The position numbers were made by a program, and so were the translations under genes. From NCBI GenBank assembly GCA_036785375.1, contig JAWMAR010001141.1, positions 62,001-126,000 on the forward strand: a DNA stretch of 64,000 bases, written 5' to 3'. A model generated the notes under the pieces. The model was not told where the DNA came from, searched no databases, and saw nothing but the letters and a program-made list of their open reading frames with translations. Below, in pieces: positions 12,648 through 24,298 of the stretch. Within the stretch, counting starts at the first letter, position 1. Each line of letters begins with the position of its first letter. This DNA comes from Leucoraja ocellata. Taxonomy: Eukaryota.

Positions 12648-14160
12648 GTTTTTTTTTAAATATTTTATTTATTAGAAGTAATGCACATTACAGTGATATA
12701 AGCCAAAAATAACATAATACATTTCCTGTACCACTTCTTGCTTTAAACTTTAAAAAGAAGGAATGGAACGAGAGTTAGATAGGATAGTAAGTGCGTGAAA
12801 GAGTGATCAAGAGAGACCCGTAGGAACGTAAAACACAAAAAAGAGATAAAAAGAAAAAGAAAGAGAAAAATAGAGAACAGAAAATATAAGAAAGGAAAAT
12901 AAGATAAAAGGGAAATACCTACTTCGTAACTTCCCACACCCCTCACCAGGTCCTGAAACTGTTTATTCTCAAAGTTATTGCACCCGATACTTGTAATAAG
13001 TCGATAAATGGAGACCAAATCATTTGGAAATGATCTGATTTGCCTGCTAGGAGGAATCTGATGTCGTCCAGGTGTAACATTTCGGACACATTTGAAATCC
13101 ACATATTTATCGTTGGTGTGGGAGCTTTTTTCCAGAATTTAAGTATAAGTTTTTTTGCCATTATTAAGCCGTAATTAAGGAAGCTCTTTTGGAACAAAGT
13201 CAGCTCAAGGCTGGCTTCCATCGTTCCAAAAATAATCATTTCTGCATTCGGTTTCAGTTTTATATGAAAAAATGTTGAAAAAATTTCAAAGATTTCATTC
13301 CAAAGTGTTTGGATTTTAATTAAAAAAACAAAGGAATGTGCTATAGTTGGTTGTTTCTTGGGATAGACATTTATCACAGATGGGGGAGACATTTGGAAAA
13401 AGTTTTAGTTTTTGAGTAATATAGTCTATGTAAAGTTTTGGTTTAGAATATGTCTTACATTGATCGAGCATTTGTGCACATTTTACAAGTGTTTATCCCA
13501 CCTCTCTTTCGAAATTTGTATAGCTAGTTCTTGTTCCCAATCTCTTCTAATTCGGATGATGGTATTTCTATGTTTAGGATGATATTATACAAGTATGATA
13601 TTAAATTCATTGATTCCTCCTTTATATTCAATGCTTCGTCTAATAGGCCTGGACACAAATTTTGATATTCTTGGGTATATTTTTCCAAATAGTCATGGAT
13701 TTCAAAATATTTAAAATATTGTTTACTTCTCAGATTGTATTTAAGTTGTAGTTGTTGGAATGATAAAAAAAAAAAAAAATTTCATACATGTCTCCAAACG
13801 TTTTAATTCCTATTATTTCCCAGTATGTAAATGATTTATCCATAATAGATGGTTTAAATGACGGATTATTATCTATTGGGGGAAAAAGGTGATAGGTTTC
13901 TTTTAATTTTAAGGTTAATTTTATTTGATTGCAAATTCTAATTGTACTATGAATAGCTGGATTTTTACTGTATTTTTTATTCAATTTTATTGGTGGGAAA
14001 GGATTGCTCCTATATTAAAAGGGGAGCAATCCTCTCTCTGGGCAGAGTTGTCCAACAGGCGAATCACATTTTTGCCATTTGCTGCCCAATAATAATACAA
14101 AAAATGAGGGAGTGTTAATCCACCAAATTCTTTAGTTCTGTGTTTTACGTCCATTCGCAA
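12648..14160 (-). mobile_element. Degenerate L1/Tx1-clade LINE ORF2 C-terminal fragment
   Basis: AT-rich; GGLTLPHFLYYYWAA, W...IGIKTFGD, LILKFWK...PT...W...FQMIWSPF motifs; A-rich tail at about 12650. Confidence 0.75.
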
Positions 14161-15440
14161 AACCACCTTCCACAAAGTCATTAGTAGCTTGGGTTCACCA
14201 TGTATTCAGAGGACCAGTGTACTTTATTGTATGCTTACAACATCTCCCATGTCATCTGTAGATGTTTCATTACAAAACGTTTTAACATATTTACACAATC
14301 TCACACTTGCGATTCCTGTTCCTTATACACATATTTGCAAGCCACTGCGCTTGGCGTAAACATTCACAAACTACTGGGAAATTAAAGCAATTGGCTGGAA
14401 AGCACGTGGGCCAGTTTCCGTGCTGTATGACTCTATGACTTGGTAACAGAACTGTTTCACTTGGTAAACTGGATGGTGGAAAGTCAACCAGTGAGTTTTA
14501 ACACCAAGCCGGCAGTTTTGTGTTCAACAGTACATATACATATTTATATGTAAATCACAAATTAATAACAGAGTTCAAATTCCACAGCTGTTCTAATGGA
14601 GGCAAAAGAAAAATGGTGGAAAATCTCAACATGTTCGGCGGCATTTGTGGAAAGCGGAACGGAGTGATGAATCCCTGGAATAATCTGCTACTGGGGGATT
14701 ATTGAGGCTGGATCATTAGGGGTATTTAAAGAGGAGTTTGAAGGGGCAGGGACTCGAGGGCATTGAGGTACTGGCACAGGAGAGGAAATGATGTTGGAGG
14801 CAGATCAGCCATGATTGTGTTGAATGGCAGAATTGGCTTGAAGGGCTGAATGGCCGCTTTCTGCTCTTATTTTCCTATGTTGAATACAAACTCTAAGAAA
14901 CATACAGCACGAACCAGGCCATTTGGCCCAATTTGTCCTTGCCAACCCATCTATGATAGTCCCACCTTCCCGCATTTGGCCCATATCCCTCCAAACCTTT
15001 CCTATCCATGTACCTGTCCAAAAGTCTTTTCAATGTTGTTATAGTACCTACCTCAACTACCTCCTCTAGCAGCTTGTTCCTTACACCCACCACCCTCTGA
15101 GTGAAAAAGTTGAACCTCGGGTTCCTATTAAATCTTTCCCCTCTCACCTTAAGGTCATCGAACTATCATGTTATCTCTGTTTCTATCTCCACAGGTGTCG
15201 CCTGACCAGCCGAGACTTTTTGCATTTTTAATTTTCAACACGGATATTGTGGGCCGAATGGCCTGTTGTACTTTCCTATGTTCTATCTTTATCAGATTCC
15301 CAAAATCTCCAGTTATCTTGATGACCATGCACTGTTCTTGGTGAGATCTGAACACAAGTATCTGGATTAATGGGTAAGCAAAGGCAATTTTACCAGCCTG
15401 TCCGTTTCCAATGTATTCTTGGTGTTCACCGGTCCTTGAA

Positions 15441-15596
15441 TTAATTATTATCAGTGAGAATTGTTGCGTACACAACTTCTGCGGCACCTTGCCTCTTGGC
15501 TTGTCCTTGTGTGTTCAGATCCTGAAGGTTCATGTAAGTATTATCCGTGTTAGCTGGAGGACGGGTTGTCACGGTGGTATAAATGACAGGGGTTTC
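15441..15596 (-). CDS. Gene 2 terminal cytoplasmic exon with ITIM motifs
   Basis: ETPVIYTTVTTRPPANTDNTYMNLQDLNTQGQAKRQGAAEVVYATILTDNN*. Acceptor tttctcacttgactccaaag is phase 0, matching exon 16276-16328 (GSNGQRIMSQQNPADSFK|gtaagg). Confidence 0.85.
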   Translation of the reverse strand, partial: ETPVIYTTVTTRPPANTDNTYMNLQDLNTQGQAKRQGAAEVVYATILTDNN

Positions 15597-18500
15597 CTTT
15601 GGAGTCAAGTGAGAAACATAATTACTTAAAGATAGTGTCAGAAGGTGGACAGAAACGCTGGAGAAACTCAGCGGGTCAGGCAGCATCTATGGAGCGAAGG
15701 AATAGGTGACGTTTCGGGTCGAGACCCTTCTTCAGACTGATGTCAGGGGAGTGGTTGGTACAGAGATAAAATGTAGTCGGAGACAGTAAAACTGGTGGGA
15801 GAATTTGGAAGGGGGAAGGGATGGAGAGAGAGGGAAAGCAAGGGCTGCTTGAACATTGACGTCACCAACCCGAAACATCACCTATTCCTTCGCTCCATGG
15901 ATGCTGCCTCACCTGCTGAGTTTCTCCAGCATTATTTTCTACATTCGATTTTTCCAGCATCTGCCGTTCTATGGAGGGCAATTCACTTAGAAATCCGCCC
16001 GTCTTTGTGGTGTGGGAGGAAACTGGAGCATTCTGACAAAACCCAGGTGGTCAAACTCTGCAAACCTGCAAACTCCACGCAGACAGCACCGGTGGTCAGA
16101 ATCGAACCCAGACAAGGCAGTGGAGAAGGCCAAGGATGGGCACTCGATCATTTAGGTGCCATGTTAGGAGCGGGCAAGTGATCGATATGTCATGTGATGT
16201 GGGACCCTGCAGGGATGACTTCCAGTAAGGTTGTTTTATTTCCCTGGGGCTACAACATCTGTGGCATTGCCTTACCTTGAAACTGTCTGCTGGATTTTGC
16301 TGACTCATAATTCTCTGTCCATTTGAGCCTGAAAAATATAATGATAATGAATTCTTATATGGACTTCATTGAAGTCAAACACGCGAAGGATAATGTTGCT
16401 TTTTAACCATTGATGACATACTTGGTGCACTTTCATGAAACTTATGGGCCTGTCCCACTTAGGCAACTTTTTCGGCGACTGCGGGAGACTATGCAGTCGC
16501 CACATGTTTGCGGGTGGTTGCCGGGGGGTTGCCGGGGAGTCGCCTTCATGGTCGTGAGGAGTTCCCGCATTCTGGAAACTAGTCGCGGCCTCATTTTGGT
16601 CGCCGTGAATTTTACTTCACGATTTCTAGGGCCACCTCCTTGAGTACTCTGGGATGCAGACCATCAGGCTCTGGGGATTTATCTGCCTTCAATCCCAACA
16701 GTTTACCTAACACCATTTTCTGACTAGTGTGGATTCCCTTCAGTTCCTCCCTCCCACTAGATCCTCGGTCCCCAGTATTTCCGGGAGATTGTTAGTGTCT
16801 TCCTTAGTGAAGACAGAACCAAAGTACTCGTTTAACTGTTCTGTCATTCCCTTGTTTCCCATTATAAATCCACCTGCCTCTGACTGTAAGGGACCTACAT
16901 TATTCTTCACTAATCTTTTCCTTTTTACATACCTAAATAAACTTTTAAGTCAGTTTTTATATTCCCCGCAAGCTTTCTTTCATGCTCTTATCACCCCCCC
17001 CCCCCCCCCCACTCTTAATTAACCCCTTTGTCTTCCTCTGTTGAGTTCTAAATTTCTCCCAGTCCTCTGGTTTGCCACTTTTTCTGGCCAATGTATATGC
17101 GGCTTCCTTGGGTTTAACACTATCCTTGACTTCCCTCGTCAGCCACATTTGAGCTGCCTTCCCAGTTTTATTTATTCGCCAGACAGGGATGAACAATTTC
17201 TGGAGTTCATCCTTACGGTCTTTAAATCTTTGCCATTGCATCTCCACTGTCAACCCTTTAAATATAGTTTGCCAGTCTATCCTAGCCTCTTCCCCTCAAA
17301 CCTTCAAAGTCTCCTTTAATGAATAGTACCCTAGTCTCTGAATTAACCGTGTCACCCTCCATCCTAATGCAGGATTCCACTATATTATGGTCACTGTTGC
17401 TCAAGGGACCTTGCGCAACAAGATTGCTAAACCTTCCTCATTACACAATACCCAGTCTAAGAGACACTGCCCGATAGTCGGTTCCTCTACATATTGGTAT
17501 AAAAACCCATCCCGTATACATTCCAGGAAATCCTCCTTCTCAGTGTTGTTACCAATTTGGCTGGCCCAATGCATGAGCAGCACAGGTAAGTGGGACTAGC
17601 GTAGGGGAGCACCTTGGGCGCCAGTAAGGACGAGTTGGGCCAAAGGTCCTGTCTCTCTGGTATAAACCCATGCGCTCACAGGGAGAACGTACAAACTCCA
17701 TACAGACAGCACCCATAGTCAGGATCGAACCCGTGTTTCAGGCGTTGTAAGGCAGCAACTCTCCCACTTGGCCACTGTGCCGCCTTGAAATGTCACCTGT
17801 CCATGTCCTACACAGATGCTGCCTGACCCGCTGAGTTACTCCAGCACTTGGTGTATTTCCCTGCTGTTACACAGTAGGTGAATGGTCTGAGTTTGTGAAA
17901 GGCACCTCAGAGAGAAGGGCCAAATCGTTGTTAATCAACAAGAGTGGCCCCTTGATATTTACGTACATTCATCGCAACTTACCAGTTTTCTTTCTCTGCC
18001 TCATTTTTACACATAGGATAATGCCAGCGATGAACAGAAGAAAGACAATTGTCAAGGCGATCGGTAGAACAACCTTCCATGAAAATGTGACCCTGCAAAA
18101 TACAAGGAAAAACAATGACGAGCTCATGGTAATAGGACTGATTCCCTCCCCAGTAACGAACCATGCGTTTCGATCCGGAAAGTAAAAATGTGGATCTAGA
18201 CTTGAATGCAGTGCAGGTTAAATTCTAGAACATTATGAATAATTCTATTGGTATTTAAGGAACTATAAAGTAGTTTAGAGTTTAGAGATATGACATGAGA
18301 GCAGGCCCTTTGGCCCATTGAGACCATGCTGACCATTTAGGGACGGCACGGTGGCGCAGTGCCTCACAGCGCAGGAGCCCCGGGTTCGGTCCTGACTACC
18401 AGTGCTGTCTGTACAGAGTTTGTACGTTCTCCCTGTGATCGCAAGTTTTTTCCAGGTTCTCCGGTTTCCTCCCACATTCCAAAGACGTGCGGGTTTGTAG

Positions 18501-21500
18501 GTTAATTGACTTCTGTAAATTGTTCCTAATGTGTAGAACAGAACTGGTGTATGGGGTGATCGCTGCTCAGAGCGGACTCGGTGGGCCAAAGGGCCCATTT
18601 CCACGCTGTATCTTTAAACTGAGCTGAACTGAACTTAACTAATTTGTTCTCAGGTGAGGCTGAGTTGACTCTTCGAGTTACTGACCTGTTTCCATCTGAT
18701 GAACCAGAAGCCTCATTGGAACTTGCTGCCTTGGTGGTTGGTGTACCTTGAGGCATGGTGGTCAGAGTGGTTGTGGTGGAAGCCTTTGTGATTATTGTTG
18801 TAGAGGTGGTGCTGACCATGTCTGGGCTGCTTGTTGGAGATCCTTGTGGAGATAAAGTGAATGAAGTTTTTGAACATTAAATGTGTGAAATCACGTTCTG
18901 TGCCACTTTAGTGATGTGTGGGAGATGCCTCAGTTGGCAGCGCTCTTGCTCTGTGTGGGGAGATTCCTGGGTTCAAATCCCAATCCAGACATTTGGGCAA
19001 AGATCCTTCTGAGGCCACCATAGATGGACCAAGCCCCTTGATCTAGACCGGAGGCTCACCCATTAAGATGCCACCAGATTGTCGCAAGCATTCAGAGACT
19101 TCTTTCATGCCCTCCATAGTCCCACAGGCTGTGTTATCTGCCTGCTGCTAGAGTTAGGCACATGTCTTCTACATTGGAGAAGAACTTGGGAGCGGGAGGA
19201 TCCATGGACTATTTTCATTACGCGGACTGAATTCAAAATAATGCAATTTGGTTGGAGGTATCTACCTGAAACATTAACTCTCGTTCTCTCTCCACAGAAG
19301 CTGCCCGACCCGTTGAGTATCTCAACTTGTACAGTTTGTGTGACTCAGTGTAAAGTCTATATCACTCATCTCTTGAGGATTCTTAGTTCATTAGTTCATA
19401 AGTGATAGGGGCAGATTGAGGCCACTTGGCCCATTGAGTCTATTCCGCCTTTCAATCACGGCTGATCTATCTCTCCCTCTCAACCCCATTCTCCTGCCTT
19501 CTCCCCATATTGCTTGACACCCGTACGAATGGAGAACCTGTCAATCTCCACCTGAAAATACCCAATGACTTGGCCCTCATTGGAAACATGGTAAAAGATT
19601 TTCCCTGTACCTCAGTACAGACGACAACAATAAACTGAGCTCATGAATCACCAAAGTTTGTGAGACACAAGGAATTGCAGGTGCTGGAATTTTAAGCAAA
19701 ACACAAAGTGCTGGAGAAACTCTGCAGGTCAGGCAGCATCCGTTGTAGAAATGAACTGACACTCTTTAGTGTTGGGTCCCTTCTTCAGATGTTGTGGGTG
19801 TGACAGTGACGGGCAGGGGGAGAGGGTGAGGGGGCACCAGAGGTTCTGGCTGTTCCCCTGCTCCAGTGAGGGGCGGCAGAGGTTCTAGACCCGGAGCGAT
19901 CGTCTTTGGGGAAATGAGCCGCCAGCAGCAGAACCGCCGGTCCCCATTGATGAGCCCCCCCCCCCCCCCCCCACACACACTGCTCCTGGGACAGTGGGCT
20001 CTTGGTGTGGCCCCATGAGCCGGGACCCCAGTAAATGTGCTCCCCCCTCCTTCACCCCGACCCCCGGGGATGTGGCACCGAGTCACCGTCAGCACCGAGG
20101 CCGGGAATTCCCAGGCTGGAATGTTCACATCTGGGAGAGTGAGGAGAGATCGTCAACGTACCTTCAGAAACCGTCAATGAGATGGAGGTCCTTTCATTGC
20201 TTGAAAATATTCCCTTTACAATCACACACCAGTAGCGTCCTTCATCACTCTTCTCCAGGTTGTCGATGGTTACTGAAACTATCAGTTGTGTTTTGTTATC
20301 ACTCATCGATGTTCTCCTATATTGTGGTGAGTCATCAGTAGAAACCACGGTATCAGATATTATGTAATAGTAACCTTTCTTCCATAGCTTCTTGTTGTCA
20401 GTGTATTCCTGACCATACTGACATTCCACTGTGACCGACTGCCCCAACTCTCCCCTCACCTCCTTGGGTCCAGTTATTCCCCTTAACCCTGTGGACACAT
20501 TAATGATGAAAGATCACTCACACTGCAGCAACACAAGCTGAGGTTTAACAATAAAAAACATGTCATTTGTGCTGTTCAGACAGGTTCATGGTTTCGCATA
20601 GATCATGTGTAGCAAGGAACTGCAGGTGCTGGTTTACACCAAAGATAGACACAAAGTGCTGGAGTAACTCGGCGGATCAGGCAGAATCTCTGGAGAAAAT
20701 GGATAGGTGTCCTTTTTGGGTCGGGACCATTCTTGATCTCCCGGTTGCCAACCCTGTCCATGTCCCTTCCCATTCCCACACTGACCTTTCTGTCCTGGGC
20801 CTCCTCCATTGCCAGAGTGAGGCCACATGCAAATTGGAGGAACCGCACCTCATATTGGGCTCAGGTAGTTTACAACCCAACGGTTTGAACGTTGGTTCTC
20901 TAATTTTAAGTATCTTCTACTAACCTGCCCCCTCCCCCATTGACTCCTATCTCCACCCGGGTTTCCCACCACCTGCCCCAGTGAGGGGCGGCAGAGGTTC
21001 TGGTCCCGGAGCGATCGTCTTCGTGGAAATGAGCCGTCAGCAACAGAACCGCCGGTAGATGGGATCTTCCGTGGGGCTGGTGTCTGACAGCCCCCCCCCC
21101 CCCCCCCCCCCCCCCATACTGCTCCAGCGACAGTGAGCTCTTGGTGTGGCCCCACGGGCCGGGACCCCAGTAAGTGAGTTATCCACCCAACCCCCTTACC
21201 GCGACCCCCCCGGGGATGTGGCACCGAGTCACCGTCAGGACCGAGGCCGGGAATTCACAGGCTGGAATTTTCACATCTGGGAGAGTGAGGAGAGATCGTC
21301 AACGTACCTTCAGAAACCGTCAATGAGATGGAGGCCGATTCAATGAATGAATGTTTTCCCTTTACTATCACACACCAGTAGAGTCCTTCATCACTCTTCT
21401 CCAGGTTGTCGATGGTGACTGAAACTATCGGTTGTTCTTTGTCATCAGTCATCGATGTTCTCCCTTGTTGTGGGTGATCAGTAGAAACCACGGTAGAAGA

Positions 21501-24298
21501 TGGAAGGAAATAATCACCTTTACTCCATAGCTTGTCGTTGTCTTTGTATTTCCGATCATACTGACATTCCACAGTGACCGACTGCCCCAACTGTCCCCTC
21601 ACCTCCACGGCTTCAGTTATTCCCCTTGATCCTGTTGGCACATTAATGATGAAAGATCACTCACACTGCAGCAACACAAGCTGAGGTTTAACAATAAAAA
21701 ACATGTCATTTGTGCTGTTCAGACAGGTTCATGGTTTCGCATAGATCATGTGTAGCAAGGAACTGCAGGTGCTGGTTTACACCAAAGATAGACACAAAGT
21801 GCTGGAGTAACTCAGCGGGACGGGCAGCATCTCTGGAGAAACCGACGGGTGATGTTTCCTCGCCCATTCCTTCTCTCCAGAGATGCTGCCCGTCCCGCTG
21901 AGTTACTCCAGCATTTTGTGTCTCTCTTCTTCTGCATAGATCCTGTTGCACTTTAATGCTTTTCCCGCTGGTGTTAATTCCCATTTCACCGGGGATTGTT
22001 CCCCAAGTTCCAGTGAAAGCAGAACTGAGTTCCTTCTTGAACACTTTGTCTACTCCACTGCGATATCTATCTTCCAGCATCTGCAGTTCCTTCTTGAACA
22101 CTGCTTCTGAATCTACCTGGCGCCCAGATCCTCCTTCCCTGTGGGCGTGGCTTGACCGGAGTGGTGGTCATGTGACAGGAAGCCAACCTGTCACTCACTC
22201 TGACCCACCCTGTGTTCAATCTCACTACAACCCACTTCCCCATTGAACTAGTAGAAACAAGGAACTGCAGATGCTGGTTAATGTACAAAAGGACACAAAG
22301 TGCCGGAGTAACACAACGGGACAGGAACTATCTCTGGAGAAAGAGGAACTCTCTGGGTGAAAAGATATTTCCTCATCTGAGTCCTCAATGGCCTACCCGT
22401 TATTGAGGTCACAACCTTAAACTGGACAGGAACTATCTCTGGAGAAAGTGGATAGATGATGATTCATAGAAACATATAAACATAGAAAATAGGCGCAGGA
22501 GGAGATGATTCGGCCCTTCGAGCCGGCACTGCCCAGTTCTGCTTGCTCCCGTTATCCCATGATTCCATTAGCCCTAAGAGCTAAATCTAACTCTCTCTTG
22601 AATACATCCAGTGAATTGGCCTCCACTGCCCTCTGTGGCAGAGAATTCTACAGATTCACAACTCTGGGTGAAAAGGTTTCTACCCCATCTTAACTTAATT
22701 GTGTGTGTTAGTTGTCTGTGCGTTATGTGTGTGTGTGTGTGTGTGGGAGGGAGGGAGGGAAGTAGAGAAAGAAGGGATGGAGCGAATGGGACCCTCTGGA
22801 TACATGGATAGGACAGATTTGAAAGGACTTGGACCAAACATGGACAGGTGGGACTAGTGTTGCTGAGACATGTTGGCCGGTGTGGGCAAGAAGGGCCGAA
22901 GGGCCTGTTTCCACACTGTATCACTCTATGACTCTAACACATGTGAAACTCTGCAGATTCAGGAGCTGGGGTGGAGACACATCATCGCATCAGTCCAGGT
23001 CGGCTCACAAGCCACAAGACAAATGCCTTGAAGGAGAACTCAGAGGCTTTGGAAAGCACAGTGTGTAGAACAGCTCGAGCAGCAGAGTCTGTTGTAAGGC
23101 AGCTGGTTTTTCTCAGAAGGGAGAGATTACCACAACTTCTCCAAATGCTAAATTGGACAGTCACTCTGGTGCTTCCTCATTTGAGATGACGCCTGTTCCC
23201 AATGGCTGGCTTTCACAGGTTTTTTCTTTGAATGTGCTAAGGTTTAGGTTCAACATTTCCCATTGCAGTGCGTGGAGGGAGTGCCGTGTGTCTTTGATAG
23301 ACACTAAAATGCTGGAGTAACGCAGCGGGTCAGGGGGCATCTCTGGAGAGAAGGAATGGGTGACGTTTCGGGTCGAGACCTTTCTTCAGACCCACAGTCA
23401 GGGAGGGAGGAAGTCAAGAGATATGCAAGGGGTAAAGCATTTAGCTGATCTGCTGTCAAGTCACTGAGCACACAGCATCACAACAGTCATTAGTGCAGGG
23501 AAGAACAAGTCTGCAAGCATTTTATCTTTAGCAGCTCGTAGCCCAGTTGTCTGCTCTGTGGCTCAAAATAATTCAAGGTGCTGGCAAATAATTCTGAAGA
23601 ACAGATCACAAGTTCATTAGTACTAGGAGCAGAATTAGGCCATTTGGCCCATCAAGTCTACTCTCCCCCATTCAATTATGGCTGATCTATCTTTCCCTCT
23701 CAACTAAATCCTCCTGCCTTTTCCCCAGGTCTCCTGACACCAGTACTGATCAAGAATCTATCCCATCTCGGCCTTAGAAATACCTATTGATGGCCTCCGC
23801 AGTCTGTGGCAATGAATTTCCACAGTTTCTGTCTCACAAAATTCCTCCTCATCTCCTTCCTAAAGCAACGCCCTTTAATTCTGAAGCTGCGACCTCTGGT
23901 CCTAGAGTCTCCCACTAGTGTAAACATCCTCACCCCATCCACTCTATCCAGGCCTTTCACTATTCAGTAAGTTTCAATGAGGTCCACAAGGCAAGGCAAG
24001 CTGTAGATAGTTATCTCCCGACTTGGGCTGCAACACAACACGACAACAACCACTGATGGAAGTCTCTACAGGAACTAACGAGTGTTGAGCAATTCATCAT
24101 CAGCTCCCCACACAGTACAGAGAGGTCTGTGGTTACAAATAATTCAAGGCGTTGGTAAATAATTCCTCAGAACAGAGCATTTTGTAAAACAACGATTTAC
24201 CTGGTGTGAGACCAACAGCGACAAGAACCAACAGAGCGACCTGTTCCCCTGGATCTGGGCCATCTCTGGTGGGTGAATTCTCCCTGTCCCACCGCCAT
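15441..24298 (-). CDS. Gene 2: inhibitory CD300/pIgR-like (MDIR-type) receptor, about 407 aa if the leader is intact. Exons 24201-24298 (leader, +1 frameshift), 21308-21631 (Va), 20162-20488 (Vb), 18686-18842 (mucin stalk), 17983-18092 (TM), 16276-16328, 15441-15596 (ITIM tail)
   Basis: GT-AG introns with consistent phases from Va to the stop (1,1,2,1,0). TM VVLPIALTIVFLLFIAGIILCV then KMRQRKK. Tail contains VIYTTV, TYMNL and VVYATI. The leader is 98 nt against 97 nt in the gene 3 paralog. Confidence 0.8.
15705..15740 (-). ncRNA. Minimal hammerhead ribozyme motif in a Penelope-derived repeat (also 1297-1332 and 56649-56685 on +)
   Basis: CUGAAGA-A-GGGU(CUCG)ACCC-GAAAC-GUC core with a palindromic minimal stem III. 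Confidence 0.55.
16618..17575 (-). mobile_element. CR1 LINE endonuclease/linker fragment in a gene 2 intron
   Basis: EDFLECIRDGFLYQYVEEPT...LDWVLCNE; PEDWEKFR. Confidence 0.8.
17983..18092 (-). CDS. Gene 2 transmembrane exon (uncharged)
   Basis: VTFSWKVVLPIALTIVFLLFIAGIILCVKMRQRKKT; acceptor ttttgcag, donor gtaagt, phase 2-1. Confidence 0.88.
18686..18842 (-). CDS. Gene 2 Ser/Thr-rich mucin-like stalk exon
   Basis: GSPTSSPDMVSTTSTTIITKASTTTTLTTMPQGTPTTKAASSNEASGSSDGNR; 157 nt, acceptor ctttatctccacaag, donor gtcagt. Confidence 0.85.
20162..20488 (-). CDS. Gene 2 V-set Ig exon Vb
   Basis: GQSVTVECQY...W...SDEGRYWC...ISLTVSE; 327 nt, phase 1-1, ccacag/gtacgt. Confidence 0.92.
21308..21631 (-). 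CDS. Gene 2 V-set Ig exon Va
   Basis: GQSVTVECQYDRKY...W...SDEGLYWC...ISLTVSE; 324 nt, phase 1-1. Confidence 0.92.

Noticed and set aside
14223-14228. AATAAA as the poly(A) signal of gene 2
   Set aside because: Plausible (about 1.2 kb past the stop) but not distinguishable from chance in AT-rich DNA without transcript data.
22971-23189. ORF METHH...LVLPHLR repeated at 41375 and 63193
   Set aside because: Non-ATG start, antisense in intron 1, no recognisable domain; recurrence is explained by the segmental duplication.
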